From a virus (Duplodnaviria; Heunggongvirae; Uroviricota; Caudoviricetes), in the IMG/VR virus record IMGVR_UViG_2740892272_000004: DNA of 43,535 nt. One strand, given 5' to 3'. Positions 6,605 to 16,375 of this stretch are shown one piece after another (the stretch's first letter is position 1; every line of letters begins with the position of its first letter). The notes under the pieces are model-generated. The model saw only the letters and a list, made by a program, of their open reading frames with translations, was not told the origin of the DNA and did not search any database. The position numbers and the translations under genes are program-made.

Positions 6605-8659
6605 TTACGCGTTATTCACTTCCACCACGATACTGTCAATCAGTACCGGGTAAGTCGCATTTTTAGTGATATCGGTCACGCGCAACTTGTCTGCCGTAAA
6701 CGTGCCGACCGGAGACTGCGACAGCATGAATGGTGTCCCGTCCTTACCATCAATGACCGGCGTCACCTCAATACTGTTGTTACCGGCAAAACGGAAGCCC
6801 AGCGTATGCCATTCGTTATTAAATGCGCCGAATGACCCCAGCTTCGTGTTCTGCGCCGTGTTTCCTTTGTGATACATCACGTTAAGGTCTGTGGCATCGC
6901 TCTGTACGTAGAACGATGCCAGCAGGTTATGACCGGCATTTCCTTCCAGAGTAACCCCTTGCGGCAGGGCAGAAACCGGCCAGTACAGCGCCAGTGCGTA
7001 CTGATTAGCCGTAAGCGCGCCATCGAGTTTAAAACGACAACTGACAAGACCACCTTTACCCAGCAGGTCCGCACCATTACCAGCATCATGCTCAAGGTAC
7101 CAGGGGGCTCTTCCTGTTTCCTTGGTCAGTTTCATTGCCTTACCCCCGCTGGCTCCGGCATCATCCACGATTTGAGCCTTGCCACCTCCGGCAGCCCAAC
7201 CCTGTGGTGTCAACCGTCCTTCAGACTCAGATGCCCGGTAAGCAAATAGCGTACTCATCGTCGTGGTGTCTGCGGGTGGCGTGGACGGTTTTGATGGTGT
7301 ATCAGGTGACGGCTTCTCATCCGGTGGTGTCACGGTCTGCCCACGCATCAGTTCAGCCGTGCGCCCTGCATGGAGCATAATAGCTGAGGCCAGACGGTCT
7401 GAAATGACGCCCCTGCGTGCCCATGAGCTGAAATGGCTGTCACGCTGTGTCGAAACAAAACTGCCCTGGGTTCGGGATGCTGCACCGTAATACCCGACAG
7501 CCACAATATCCGGGTCTTCCGCCGGAGCATTCGTTGGCGTGCTCTGTCCATTCTCATCCGTCAGGAACGGTACAAAGAAAATTTTCTGTGCTTCCTTGCC
7601 TTTGTAGCCACCGTATACTGCCTCATATTTATCGGTGCCAGCGTTTTTCCAGTAATACGTGGTATCACCGCAAATCCACGGCACCGTGGTGGCATTTCCA
7701 CTCACGCACTGCGCAGCAAGCGGAGCCAGGTCAGTTCTGAACTGCTGAACCATGGCCGTGAATAAACTATTATGCTGCTGGCTTCCTGAGGCAAGGTCTG
7801 CCTCTCCCTGCATCCAGACCACAGCCAGAAGTTTGTTTTTCGGGTTTTTCGCCAGCGCGACTTTGGTGCGGCTTACCAGGTCCTGATACAGAGGTTTACC
7901 GGCCCCCCAGCGTGAAGAATCAGCGGAAGCACCGCTGGCCTCACTGAATGAGCCGTCGGCTCCAGTGGTGAATGCTGACCCGCCACGACAACAGGGCACC
8001 AGAAGTATCCCGGCATTCTGTGGGATATAGGGAAGCAGTTTTTTGGCAATATGCAACCCCTGACCGACAGTCCCGTACTGGCCTTTTGCCAGATCAGCTT
8101 TCGGGTGGTTTATCCCGCTCATATCCTGAACATCATGCAGGCAGTGGTCTGCCGGAATGATGTCGTTGTATGTACACGACGTACCGTTGGGCGTTACCGT
8201 ACTGCGGCGTGCCAGTTGCTTAATGCGTGGGTCCGGGCGGTCAAACGAATCCGGTAACGGCAGCCCCTCGCCGTAGGCCATGCCATTTGACTGACCCGCG
8301 AGAATGACAACAAAGTAATATTCCGGCTCTGAACTGCTGCCATTCGTGCTACCGGAAGGCCCGGCGTTATCCGGTGCATTCCAGTCGGAGGGCGTGAGCG
8401 TTCCGGCCACGTCAGATGTGATTGGAATGATGCCAGTCACGCCTGAACTGGTGATTTCTGCACTGGGATTACCGGATACCGGCATTACCCATAATGGCTC
8501 TTTCGTGCTGAAGCGGATCACGCAGTCTGCGAAGGTGATCCCCCCTTTATTACCCGAAGGGCGGAAAGGGCTTTCAATAAATGCCACCGTGCCACCGGCA
8601 ACCTTGACTGAAAACTCTCCGGGCATGGCGGAGAGCATTTTCCACTTGGAGTCTGACAT
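6605..8659 (-). CDS. Multi-domain sialate-O-acetylesterase-like (SASA/SGNH hydrolase) protein, NanS-p-like: N-terminal region, esterase core, Pro/Thr-rich linker, C-terminal lectin-like beta domain
   Basis: Contains the GQSN catalytic-serine block (VILAGQSNGMAYGEG) and the W-x-Q-G-E-x-D block (VVWMQGEADLASG) typical of the sialic-acid-specific 9-O-acetylesterase family; linker PDEKPSPDTPSKPSTPPADTTT; 684 aa. Confidence 0.75.
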   Translation of the reverse strand: MSDSKWKMLSAMPGEFSVKVAGGTVAFIESPFRPSGNKGGITFADCVIRFSTKEPLWVMPVSGNPSAEITSSGVTGIIPITSDVAGTLTPSDWNAPDNAGPSGSTNGSSSEPEYYFVVILAGQSNGMAYGEGLPLPDSFDRPDPRIKQLARRSTVTPNGTSCTYNDIIPADHCLHDVQDMSGINHPKADLAKGQYGTVGQGLHIAKKLLPYIPQNAGILLVPCCRGGSAFTTGADGSFSEASGASADSSRWGAGKPLYQDLVSRTKVALAKNPKNKLLAVVWMQGEADLASGSQQHNSLFTAMVQQFRTDLAPLAAQCVSGNATTVPWICGDTTYYWKNAGTDKYEAVYGGYKGKEAQKIFFVPFLTDENGQSTPTNAPAEDPDIVAVGYYGAASRTQGSFVSTQRDSHFSSWARRGVISDRLASAIMLHAGRTAELMRGQTVTPPDEKPSPDTPSKPSTPPADTTTMSTLFAYRASESEGRLTPQGWAAGGGKAQIVDDAGASGGKAMKLTKETGRAPWYLEHDAGNGADLLGKGGLVSCRFKLDGALTANQYALALYWPVSALPQGVTLEGNAGHNLLASFYVQSDATDLNVMYHKGNTAQNTKLGSFGAFNNEWHTLGFRFAGNNSIEVTPVIDGKDGTPFMLSQSPVGTFTADKLRVTDITKNATYPVLIDSIVVEVNNA

Positions 8660-8744
8660 CGTCTTTTCTGCCTGTTTCTGAATTAAACAGAGTCAGAATA
8701 GCGACCGCTGAAAAATATGTGTTTTGCGGAAATTCAAAAAAGCG

Positions 8745-9317
8745 TCACGGTACTTTTGGTGACGGAGCTGGTGAGGCAGGAAAATAACGATAAAGGGTGG
8801 AAAGGCCAATATCAAATATCAGTGCGATTTGTTTACGGGACTCGCCATTAGCCAGCAAACGGGCGATTTGCTCCCGCTCTTTCTCTGTCAGTTTCTGAGG
8901 TCTGCCGCCATGACGCCCCTGAGCACGGGCAGCAGCAAGACCCGCGCGTGTACGTTCAATAATGAGTTCCCGCTCCATTTCCGCCAGCGCGCCCATTATA
9001 TGGAAAAAGAAACGTCCCATGGGAGTGGATGTATCAATATTGTCCGTAATGCTGCGGAAGTTAACGCCGCGTTGCCGGAGTTCTTCTGTTAAAAGGACAA
9101 GGTGCTGCATACTGCGTCCAAGGCGATCCAGTTTCCAGACCAGCAGGGTATCCCCTGGCCGGAGTCGCTTTAATGCGCGTTTAAGTCCGGGACGCTCCCT
9201 TGTCTTACCGCTTATTCTGTCTTCGAAAAACAGCTCACATCCTGCACATTCCAGCGCATTTCTTTGTAGCGCCGTATTCTGGTCATTTGTTGACACCCTG
9301 ATATACCCAATCAGCAT
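8745..9317 (-). CDS. gin: Gin-family serine DNA invertase
   Basis: Translation MLIGYIRVSTNDQNTALQRNALECAGCELFFEDRISGKT...GRSMQHL...FHIMGALAEMERELIIERT... is near-identical in pattern to Mu Gin / Hin / Cin, with the catalytic Ser in RVST. Confidence 0.95.
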   Translation of the reverse strand: MLIGYIRVSTNDQNTALQRNALECAGCELFFEDRISGKTRERPGLKRALKRLRPGDTLLVWKLDRLGRSMQHLVLLTEELRQRGVNFRSITDNIDTSTPMGRFFFHIMGALAEMERELIIERTRAGLAAARAQGRHGGRPQKLTEKEREQIARLLANGESRKQIALIFDIGLSTLYRYFPASPAPSPKVP

Positions 9318-9382
9318 ACGATTTCCTTATTATAAAAAGCCGGAATTGTCGCATGAGGAATAAAACAGAGTTAATCCTGGCT

Positions 9383-9408
9383 TTCCTGAAAACCTCGGTT
9401 TACGGGAA
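9383..9408. repeat. gix-like recombination site, left (TTCCTGAAAACCTCGGTTTACGGGAA), outer edge of the left inverted repeat (~9384..9474)
   Basis: 26-bp site closely matching the Mu gix / Salmonella hix consensus (TTCCTGTAAACCGAGGTTTTGGATAA, recalled) with a central GA/TC core. It pairs with an inverted copy at 10700..10725. Confidence 0.7.
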
Positions 9409-9756
9409 ACGGTAAACAGGGCGGCGAATGCTCTGCCATCGGACGGCACCGCCGTTGCCGCGAATAGACTCGCCACCCCAAGAAATATTAATGGGGTTCC
9501 CTTTGACGGGACGCAGGACATAAACATCACTTCTGGTATAACACAGCAGGATGCGGATTCCCGATATATCCAGGATATCAGGCTGGGAGCAGAGAACAGG
9601 CAGGTAATGTACGGTGGGGCATATTACTCTGCGTACGGTAATGTTATGGCAGGCCTGCAGATTGACAGTAAAGTTGATGCTTCAAACGATTTTATAGCAT
9701 TCAGACCCCTGCAAAAATTAGTCGGAGGTACATGGATTACGGTATCTCAGTTATAA
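9397..9756 (+). other. Alternative tail-fibre C-terminal cassette (Sv'-like), promoterless and startless, in inverted orientation
   Basis: Open frame [26 protein letters not shown]... is identical for about 26 aa to residues 178..203 of the active tail-fibre ORF, then diverges to a different C-terminus ending at the TAA at 9754..9756. Confidence 0.7.
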
Positions 9757-9807
9757 ATAGTCAGTAAATAATATATTTTAAAACAGATTTATTTCCAGGA
9801 GGATTTT

Positions 9808-10329
9808 ATGGAACTAAAAAATATAACCCGTTATTATCCTGAAAATATGCCATATGGTAATAATGTTCAGTATTTCCAGAGTGAAGATGGTAAGGATTTC
9901 TACGAATCCCTGCCATTATTCACCAAAAAATATAAACTTTGCATAACACCTGACAGCGGCGTTATCTGCTCAATATCACAGGACGCCTCGGCGCTGTATC
10001 CTGCGGGGTTTTCTGTGGTTGAGGTCGATGAACTCCCTGAAGGCACGGATATTTCAGGAAACTGGAAGTTTGATAATGGCATAATCTCCCGTATTCCGGT
10101 TAACTACGCAAGAAAACTGGAAGCAATGCGCCAGTCATATCTTAATCAGGCATATGAAAAAATTAATGACTGGAGAACGGAGCTACAACTGGGCACCATC
10201 AGCGATGAAGACAGAGCAGCACTTACCCAATGGATGGCATACATCAGTCAGGTGAAGAAAATGGAACTACCCGCCATTAAAACAGAAGCTGAATTTAACG
10301 CCATTAAATGGCCTGAGCAGCCACAGTAA
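9808..10329 (+). CDS. Tail fibre assembly protein (U'-like Tfa) inside the invertible segment
   Basis: 173-aa ORF immediately after the Sv' cassette on the same strand; size and position match Mu U/U'. Preceded by GGAGG. Confidence 0.75.
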   Translation: MELKNITRYYPENMPYGNNVQYFQSEDGKDFYESLPLFTKKYKLCITPDSGVICSISQDASALYPAGFSVVEVDELPEGTDISGNWKFDNGIISRIPVNYARKLEAMRQSYLNQAYEKINDWRTELQLGTISDEDRAALTQWMAYISQVKKMELPAIKTEAEFNAIKWPEQPQ

Positions 10330-10333
10330 TAAA

Positions 10334-10351
10334 GAAGGCCGGAAGGCCTTC
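10334..10351. terminator. Hairpin (GAAGGCC-GGAA-GGCCTTC) between the convergent tfa and tail-fibre genes
   Basis: 7-bp perfect stem between the tfa stop (10329) and the tail-fibre stop (10361). Confidence 0.3.
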
Positions 10352-10360
10352 TGAATATCA

Positions 10361-11242
10361 TTATATACTTGCAGCCGTCACCCATGCTCCATTTAACAGA
10401 TACTGCAACGGCCGGTAATACACGCCGCCGACGTTATCTGCCGTATTCTTACCGACATCCTGTACTTTAATTCCGGTAAGAACATTGCCGCCCCCCAGAT
10501 TCAGATCCCAGCTTTCCCATGTTCCGGGCATATGTGCGGTCACCGACCCCAGTCTTATGGCGGTTACTGTTCCTGATGAGATAGTGATATCCTGCGTCCC
10601 GTCAAAGGGAACACCATTAATTGTGTGGGCATTTGCCAGCCTGTTCGCGGCAACGGCGGTGCCGTCCGATGGCAGGGCATTCGCCGCCCTGTTTACCGTT
10701 TCCCGTAAACCGACGTTATCGATAAAAGCCCCTTTATCCGGAATGTCTGCGCCGTTCTGCTCCCTGCGCAGGTAACGGTTATCACCTTCGCTTTTGCTGT
10801 AAACATCCAGATTATTACGGGCGGTTCCCTTATTCTCCAGGTCGGCGAGATTCTGATCCTTCGCCAGGGCATTAACGTCAGCGGGACCAAGACTGTTTTT
10901 TGTGGCAAGCGTCCCCAGACCAAGATAACCACGGGCCAGACGCTGGGCCTCCGCACCGGCATCAGCAATTTCTTTCAGGTTATTTTTCCGGGAAAAGGCA
11001 TTCGCAGCGATAATGGCTTTAATGGACAGCGTAAGCTGGTTTAACTGCGCCTTATCCGGCTGAATACTGGCTTCAGCCAGAATATTCAGCAGTTCGGCCT
11101 GGAGAATATTCAGCCAGTCCTGACCAATCCAGCTGATACCTTTTTGTCCGTCACCTTCGGTAAACCAGGTGGTGGTATTACTCTGCGCCGGTGCCAGCGC
11201 AGGCATATTCGCCACGCCGGAATTATTATCAACATGAAACAT
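10361..11242 (-). CDS. Tail fibre protein (Mu S-like): constant N-terminal part fused to the currently ON variable C-terminus (Sv)
   Basis: ORF crosses the right gix-like site; residues 178..203 are duplicated in inverted orientation at 9397..9474; lies in the Mu S position after the baseplate genes. Confidence 0.8.
   Translation of the reverse strand: MFHVDNNSGVANMPALAPAQSNTTTWFTEGDGQKGISWIGQDWLNILQAELLNILAEASIQPDKAQLNQLTLSIKAIIAANAFSRKNNLKEIADAGAEAQRLARGYLGLGTLATKNSLGPADVNALAKDQNLADLENKGTARNNLDVYSKSEGDNRYLRREQNGADIPDKGAFIDNVGLRETVNRAANALPSDGTAVAANRLANAHTINGVPFDGTQDITISSGTVTAIRLGSVTAHMPGTWESWDLNLGGGNVLTGIKVQDVGKNTADNVGGVYYRPLQYLLNGAWVTAASI
10700..10725. repeat. gix-like recombination site, right (TTCCCGTAAACCGACGTTATCGATAA), outer edge of the right inverted repeat (~10634..10724)
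   Basis: Matches the gix/hix consensus with a GA core; inverted relative to 9383..9408. Confidence 0.7.
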
Positions 11243-11802
11243 TAAATAGTCTCCTCTTCATGGCTGTTTGCATAAACGTAAATAAACGTCTGCCATGCAG
11301 GCTTATAACGGTTCAGAATACATTCCAGCGCACCGCCTTCATAAATACGCAGCGGCGTGAGAATATCATCCAGCACATTCATATTCCGGTAGCCGGTTTC
11401 ACTGTTAATCGTGACAATACTGACCCACTGCGAATCCGGTGAGGGCTGAATGTCAATCTGATAACCAAACTCCGCCGCAAACCGGATATAAAATTCACGG
11501 TTCAGCGAGGGCTTCATCCGGTATTTATTTCCGGCATAACGCTGTCGCTCCGTGAGGGTGGCTCCGGCCATATCACACTCGGGAAGCCCGAGATAACGCT
11601 CCCAGTCTTCCAGCAGCAGGCGCGACGTGTCAGGGAAACGCTCGGCAAGCAGCTGTTTACCCGTCCAGGATACACGCGCTGTCGAATGACTGAGGCCCAG
11701 ACATAATGATGCCAGTACGGATGACGGACGCTTGTCCCATGCCAGCCCGTCAGGCAGTAACTGCAACAGGGCGCGCTGATGCGGGGTCAGGGTTACAGCC
11801 AT
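11242..11802 (-). CDS. Tail protein, Mu gp48-like
   Basis: Synteny and size (186 aa) between the baseplate J-like gene and the tail fibre gene. Confidence 0.55.
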   Translation of the reverse strand: MAVTLTPHQRALLQLLPDGLAWDKRPSSVLASLCLGLSHSTARVSWTGKQLLAERFPDTSRLLLEDWERYLGLPECDMAGATLTERQRYAGNKYRMKPSLNREFYIRFAAEFGYQIDIQPSPDSQWVSIVTINSETGYRNMNVLDDILTPLRIYEGGALECILNRYKPAWQTFIYVYANSHEEETI

Positions 11803-12875
11803 GTGATTTCTCCTACCGTCAGCAGCTCACTGTCTCCCGCCTGAACTGACGTCAGCGGACTGCGCACTTCAAAATCCTCCAGATTTTTCACCCCTGCCAC
11901 CGCCCGCCAGAAAGACGACGGCAGAACCAGACCGCCGGGCCGGGATTCGTTATACAACAGGTCGGTCAGCGCCTGTTTTACGGCCGCCTGATTCTCCGGT
12001 GTTTTCGGGATGATCCTGATGCTGAAGGGCACCGGCTTATTGGTCAGTTTAAACACGGTCACCGTCGGCCCCAGAGGCTGTCCGACAGGCTGGCCGGTCG
12101 CCGGATCATCATGACTGCGGATATAATCCGCCACCCGCTGAACATCACCGTCACCGGGGAAAATATCCGGGTTATTATCCTGAACAAACGTTACCCCCAC
12201 GCTGCCCGCCTGCGGCCATTCCGGGCGGCACCATGCCCGCGTCACGCCCGGCACTTCACGCGCCCAGCGTTCAAAATCATACTGCGTGCCGCCGGACGGT
12301 GGATTCTGCACCCGGAAAACCAGACGGGAAAGCAGCTCCGGCACGGTTTCCACATCCGCACCACCGGTGATCCCCGTTCCGGTCACCGTGGCCGTCTGGT
12401 TGATCCCCGCCTGCGGTGTGATAAATGTCAGTTTTGTCCCTGCCGGGGCATTCCCCGCACGACCGGCACTTTCGGCTTCCACACTGACATTCAGCGTACC
12501 GGCCTTACCGGTCAGGGAGGTGGTGATACGGTAAACCACGCCATCACTTCGCTGGAGAAGCACACCTTCCTTGATCCCCGCATCCGTGGTCAGCATCAGC
12601 TGAACCGGCCCGTCCCCCCGAGAGGCAGGCTTACGCATGACGCCCCAGAATGCACAGTGTTTCAGCAGTTCGGCTTCATCGGCTTCGGTCGGGATGATCT
12701 GACGCGCAATCCAGGCCAGATGCTCATGCTCCTGAGCAGATAACCCTGCCTGAGCGTAAGCAATGGCATTCAGGGTGGTTTCATTCACACCCGGCTGCGA
12801 GCCGGGCAGGCGCTGGCTGATATCCTGCTGTGTCTGCGTGATTAACTGTGCCAGCGGTAAAGGCTGATAAGGCAT
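11793..12875 (-). CDS. Baseplate J-like protein (Mu gp47-like)
   Basis: 360 aa; synteny with Mu gp47. Confidence 0.65.
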   Translation of the reverse strand: MPYQPLPLAQLITQTQQDISQRLPGSQPGVNETTLNAIAYAQAGLSAQEHEHLAWIARQIIPTEADEAELLKHCAFWGVMRKPASRGDGPVQLMLTTDAGIKEGVLLQRSDGVVYRITTSLTGKAGTLNVSVEAESAGRAGNAPAGTKLTFITPQAGINQTATVTGTGITGGADVETVPELLSRLVFRVQNPPSGGTQYDFERWAREVPGVTRAWCRPEWPQAGSVGVTFVQDNNPDIFPGDGDVQRVADYIRSHDDPATGQPVGQPLGPTVTVFKLTNKPVPFSIRIIPKTPENQAAVKQALTDLLYNESRPGGLVLPSSFWRAVAGVKNLEDFEVRSPLTSVQAGDSELLTVGEITWL

Positions 12876-13312
12876 TACTCCCCCTTAAGATCAGCATAAA
12901 AAATCATGGGCCTCACTGAACCATCAGGCAGGGTTATGCGCACCGAAAGCGCCAGCCGCGCGTGTCCCACACGTTCTGCATGACAGACCACGGATGACGC
13001 CACGCCATCCTGACTGAGCCAGCCCAGCGCCTCATCCGCGTAAGCACGGGCACGGCTTATCACCGAGGCCAGCGTTTTTTCCCGGCTGAGAAGCCACAGA
13101 CGGGAGCCAATGGGGCGCGGGCGAAAACTGTCTCCCCACCATCCCCGGCGGTCGCGCGTACCGTCAGGGATTTCATCCGATGCCAGCGCCCGGCGGTCAG
13201 TAAACAGCGAAATCAGAACGGCCGTCAGCAGACTGTCATCCGTCAGCAAGTCGGCACCGTTCAGTTGCAGCGAACCGCACCCCTGATCCCATACAATTGC
13301 AATATCAGCCAT
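12875..13312 (-). CDS. Baseplate protein, Mu gp46-like (start at internal ATG 13312; longer track ORF overlaps the upstream gene)
   Basis: 145 aa from MADIAIVWDQG...; size and position match Mu gp46. Confidence 0.55.
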   Translation of the reverse strand: MADIAIVWDQGCGSLQLNGADLLTDDSLLTAVLISLFTDRRALASDEIPDGTRDRRGWWGDSFRPRPIGSRLWLLSREKTLASVISRARAYADEALGWLSQDGVASSVVCHAERVGHARLALSVRITLPDGSVRPMIFYADLKGE

Positions 13313-13919
13313 TCTCCGGCGCTCCTGTCTTACTGCCTTTGCCGTTATCCTGATGCACATGGCCGGAATAGGTGATCCCGGCAATAACGGCATCAGACAT
13401 CGTGAACAGCCCGTCTGATTTACCTGTACCATCAAGCACGAAATTACCCTTAACATGCAGGTTTTTATCCACCGTCACATTGCCCGTAAAGGTGGCCTCC
13501 GGCGTATCCACCCGCATCCCCTCATCGGCGTAAATCTCCAGCATTTTGCATGTCACAATAATGCGACCATCCTTTGTTAACCGTATCCGGTGCCCCTCAT
13601 GGTGATACACCCCCGTATCTCCGGCTGTGAGTCCGGTCGGGCGGCTGCGCCGGTCTTCCACCACAAGCACCACAGTCTGATCCCGCTGTCCGCCCAGACA
13701 GGCAAAAAAGGTTTCCGCACCCGGCAGGGGAACGCTGATCTGCCCGTACTGCTGGGGACGCTCCACATCATCAAAGGTTTCGCCGTCCATGCCGGTGAGC
13801 TGCACATTCTGCATTTTCAGTTCGTCATGTGTGCCGGTCAGAACGCCCCGGCCAAACAACAGGCGAATACCGCGCGTTACCGGGGCAATCAGGCGGCTGA
13901 ACACTTCATCATTCATCAA
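13305..13919 (-). CDS. Baseplate hub/spike protein, Mu gp45-like
   Basis: 204 aa; synteny. Confidence 0.55.
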   Translation of the reverse strand: MMNDEVFSRLIAPVTRGIRLLFGRGVLTGTHDELKMQNVQLTGMDGETFDDVERPQQYGQISVPLPGAETFFACLGGQRDQTVVLVVEDRRSRPTGLTAGDTGVYHHEGHRIRLTKDGRIIVTCKMLEIYADEGMRVDTPEATFTGNVTVDKNLHVKGNFVLDGTGKSDGLFTMSDAVIAGITYSGHVHQDNGKGSKTGAPENG

Positions 13920-15033
13920 AGCTGATCCCCTGTTTTTTCATCTGCTGGCGAATAAAGGCATCAACATCGTCACCGGAACCACCCCGGCCCTTACTGTCCG
14001 GCTCTGCCGGAACGATAAAGCCGTCACGCGGTGCCAGTACCAGCCGGGTGACTTCCCCGTTATGTTCATCAAGTAAAAACTCCACCTGACAGACCAGCAG
14101 TTCAGTCTGTTCTATACCGAAACGCAGGGCTGAAACACCGGTCAGCAGATTGACATCCCATAACCGGCCATCATCCCGGAACCAGCCACGCACGGTGGCA
14201 GAAAACCGTTCTGAACGGGCAATCGCACGGCGCATTTCACGCAGGGCACGCTGCCGTGCACCGGTGGTGTCTGTCTGTTGATCGGCGAGGATGATTTTCG
14301 ACCGGTAGCGGCCGATCTGCTCATCACTGATGACGCCCACAGGTGCTGCCAGACGGGCGGCGGATTCGCTGTCTCCCCGTTTGCCACCACCGCGCCCGTG
14401 TCCCCGGACACGGTATTCGCTGTATCGTCCTCGCCAGTCCGTGTTGTAATCGGCATCAAGCAGGTTATCTCCCAGCACCAGTCTGTCCGTCTGCTGGCTT
14501 CCTGCCTGGGTGAACACCAGATCGCCGTCAGCATTACTGGTCACCAGCACCCCGCGATGCCGGGCAGCACGGGTCAGCGCATCCGCCACGGTTTCTGAGT
14601 TTTCCAGCGTAAAAGAGCTGAAGGGGCGTGCAGCCGTGTCGTCGTTAACCTGCCAGCGCACGGCTATCCCGAAGGGCGCACATAAATCTGCGGCAATCTG
14701 TGCCAGCGTCCGGTTGCGCCACTGGCTGCCGGGATGGATGGCGGCACAGTCCACCAGGTCGCCGGTTTTATCCCGACCGCTGATGCTGATCTGATGACGG
14801 GTTGCACTGATCCGCTGACTGACCTGATCCAGCCAGCCACTGATGACCGTCTGCCCGTTAATTCTGAGCGTCAGGGACTGACCGGTTCGCAGGGCTGAGG
14901 GGATGCGCTCACCGGGCAGCATCAGCCCCAGTTCAAACGACCCGGCCAGATGCTCCAGCGAGCGACGGACGCTGACCGTCAGCCAGCCGGAAAAAATACT
15001 GCCACCGATATACAGTTCAATCCTGCTGCTCAC
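13909..15033 (-). CDS. Tail protein P-like (Mu gpP)
   Basis: 374 aa; synteny downstream of the N-like gene. Confidence 0.6.
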   Translation of the reverse strand: MSSRIELYIGGSIFSGWLTVSVRRSLEHLAGSFELGLMLPGERIPSALRTGQSLTLRINGQTVISGWLDQVSQRISATRHQISISGRDKTGDLVDCAAIHPGSQWRNRTLAQIAADLCAPFGIAVRWQVNDDTAARPFSSFTLENSETVADALTRAARHRGVLVTSNADGDLVFTQAGSQQTDRLVLGDNLLDADYNTDWRGRYSEYRVRGHGRGGGKRGDSESAARLAAPVGVISDEQIGRYRSKIILADQQTDTTGARQRALREMRRAIARSERFSATVRGWFRDDGRLWDVNLLTGVSALRFGIEQTELLVCQVEFLLDEHNGEVTRLVLAPRDGFIVPAEPDSKGRGGSGDDVDAFIRQQMKKQGISFDE

Positions 15034-16375
15034 TGATCACCTCCACGCTGCGGCCACCCGGAACAAAAACCGGATCGGGGATATTGTTTCTGCGGACAAA
15101 ATACTGCCAGCGACTGCTGTTGCCGGTGGCACGGTACAGCGTGACCAGTGCCGGTTCGGTGGTGCGAACCATGACCTGAAAAGCACCGGGAAGATGCACG
15201 CTCCGTGTGGTTAAATCTTCTGTCAGCGCAAGCCCTGCATCACGTAATGCAAGGGCAGTCCCGGTATAGCCCTGTGCGGACAGATCCAGCACCTGTTGTT
15301 CCATGGCATCGCTCAAATCCCGGTTGATACGCTGCACATCAGCAGAACTTTCCAGCCAGGCCAGTCCGCCCGAACGGTCAGTATCCTGAACGTGCGTCGT
15401 ATTCTGCCGGATGACCTGATCCAGCAGTTTTCCGAGCGTCTGTGCCTGCGACACCAGGGTTGCACTCTGCATCACGCTCCGCAGCAGACGGATATTTTTC
15501 TGTGCCGCAGGCGTCAGGCCAATCAGGCGCTGTGGATCATCCTGTTCGCTGAGGGTGTAACGCAGGGAGGAAAGTGTGCGGTACAGCTGCGGCATGGCCT
15601 GCTCTGCCATGCTGTCACGGTTTGTGGTCAGGCTGCCGGACGGCGTTCCGGCTTTTCCGGTCAGAGACAGGGAAGGATCGCCGGGCAGCCCGGTCAGCAC
15701 GGCAAACATTCCGGCCAGCGATTCAGCCATGCGACGGGGCGCATTAATCAGGGCGGCGGCATTGCCTTTCAGGGCAGTAAAACTGGCCGTAAAGGCACTG
15801 ATATCCTGCACAATCCCCATCCCCGAAACGGCATTCTCCAGTGCATCAATCTTATCGCTGATGGTGTCGGTCATGGCCTGTACATCATGCAGACCGTCTG
15901 AAATCACCGTCCAGCCGTCTGAAAGCGTGTTAAACAGCTGATTCATTGCTGAGCCGCTTTTCTGCTCCAGCGCAGCTGCCGTATCTTCTGCCACCGCAGG
16001 GGCGGTATCGTCACTGGCGGGGATCACGTTGATCGTGAACTCAACCGTTCCCTGCTCGCTGGCGTTATAACGGCTTTCAAAGCTGTTTATCAGCACGTTT
16101 AACGTGCCGTAATCCGGGTGCATCAGTTCACCGGCACCGGGTGCACGCAGCGCATCACGCAGGCGGCTTCGCTGTGTCTGAAGATCGTCTCCGGTCACCA
16201 GAACCGTGAATGTGAACTCCGGGAGTTTTGGCCCCAGATCATCCGCACCGCCGCTTTCACGCAGTGGGTATTCACGGCGCACAATGTTACGTCCGCCCCG
16301 TTCCCGCTGCTCCTGATAAACCAGGAACGGTACGCCACGAAAGGAGCCACGCCCCGGCGTGTCAGTAGAGGCCAT
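15017..16375 (-). CDS. DNA circularisation protein N-like (Mu gpN)
   Basis: 452 aa; immediately downstream of the tape measure gene. Confidence 0.6.
   Translation of the reverse strand: MASTDTPGRGSFRGVPFLVYQEQRERGGRNIVRREYPLRESGGADDLGPKLPEFTFTVLVTGDDLQTQRSRLRDALRAPGAGELMHPDYGTLNVLINSFESRYNASEQGTVEFTINVIPASDDTAPAVAEDTAAALEQKSGSAMNQLFNTLSDGWTVISDGLHDVQAMTDTISDKIDALENAVSGMGIVQDISAFTASFTALKGNAAALINAPRRMAESLAGMFAVLTGLPGDPSLSLTGKAGTPSGSLTTNRDSMAEQAMPQLYRTLSSLRYTLSEQDDPQRLIGLTPAAQKNIRLLRSVMQSATLVSQAQTLGKLLDQVIRQNTTHVQDTDRSGGLAWLESSADVQRINRDLSDAMEQQVLDLSAQGYTGTALALRDAGLALTEDLTTRSVHLPGAFQVMVRTTEPALVTLYRATGNSSRWQYFVRRNNIPDPVFVPGGRSVEVISEQQD

Noticed and set aside
9330-9530. 66-aa minus-strand ORF and the matching plus-strand ORF at 10485..10775
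   Set aside because: Both are antisense reading frames across the inverted repeats of the invertible segment; the real coding frames are the tail-fibre frame on the minus strand at the right repeat and the Sv' cassette on the plus strand at the left repeat.
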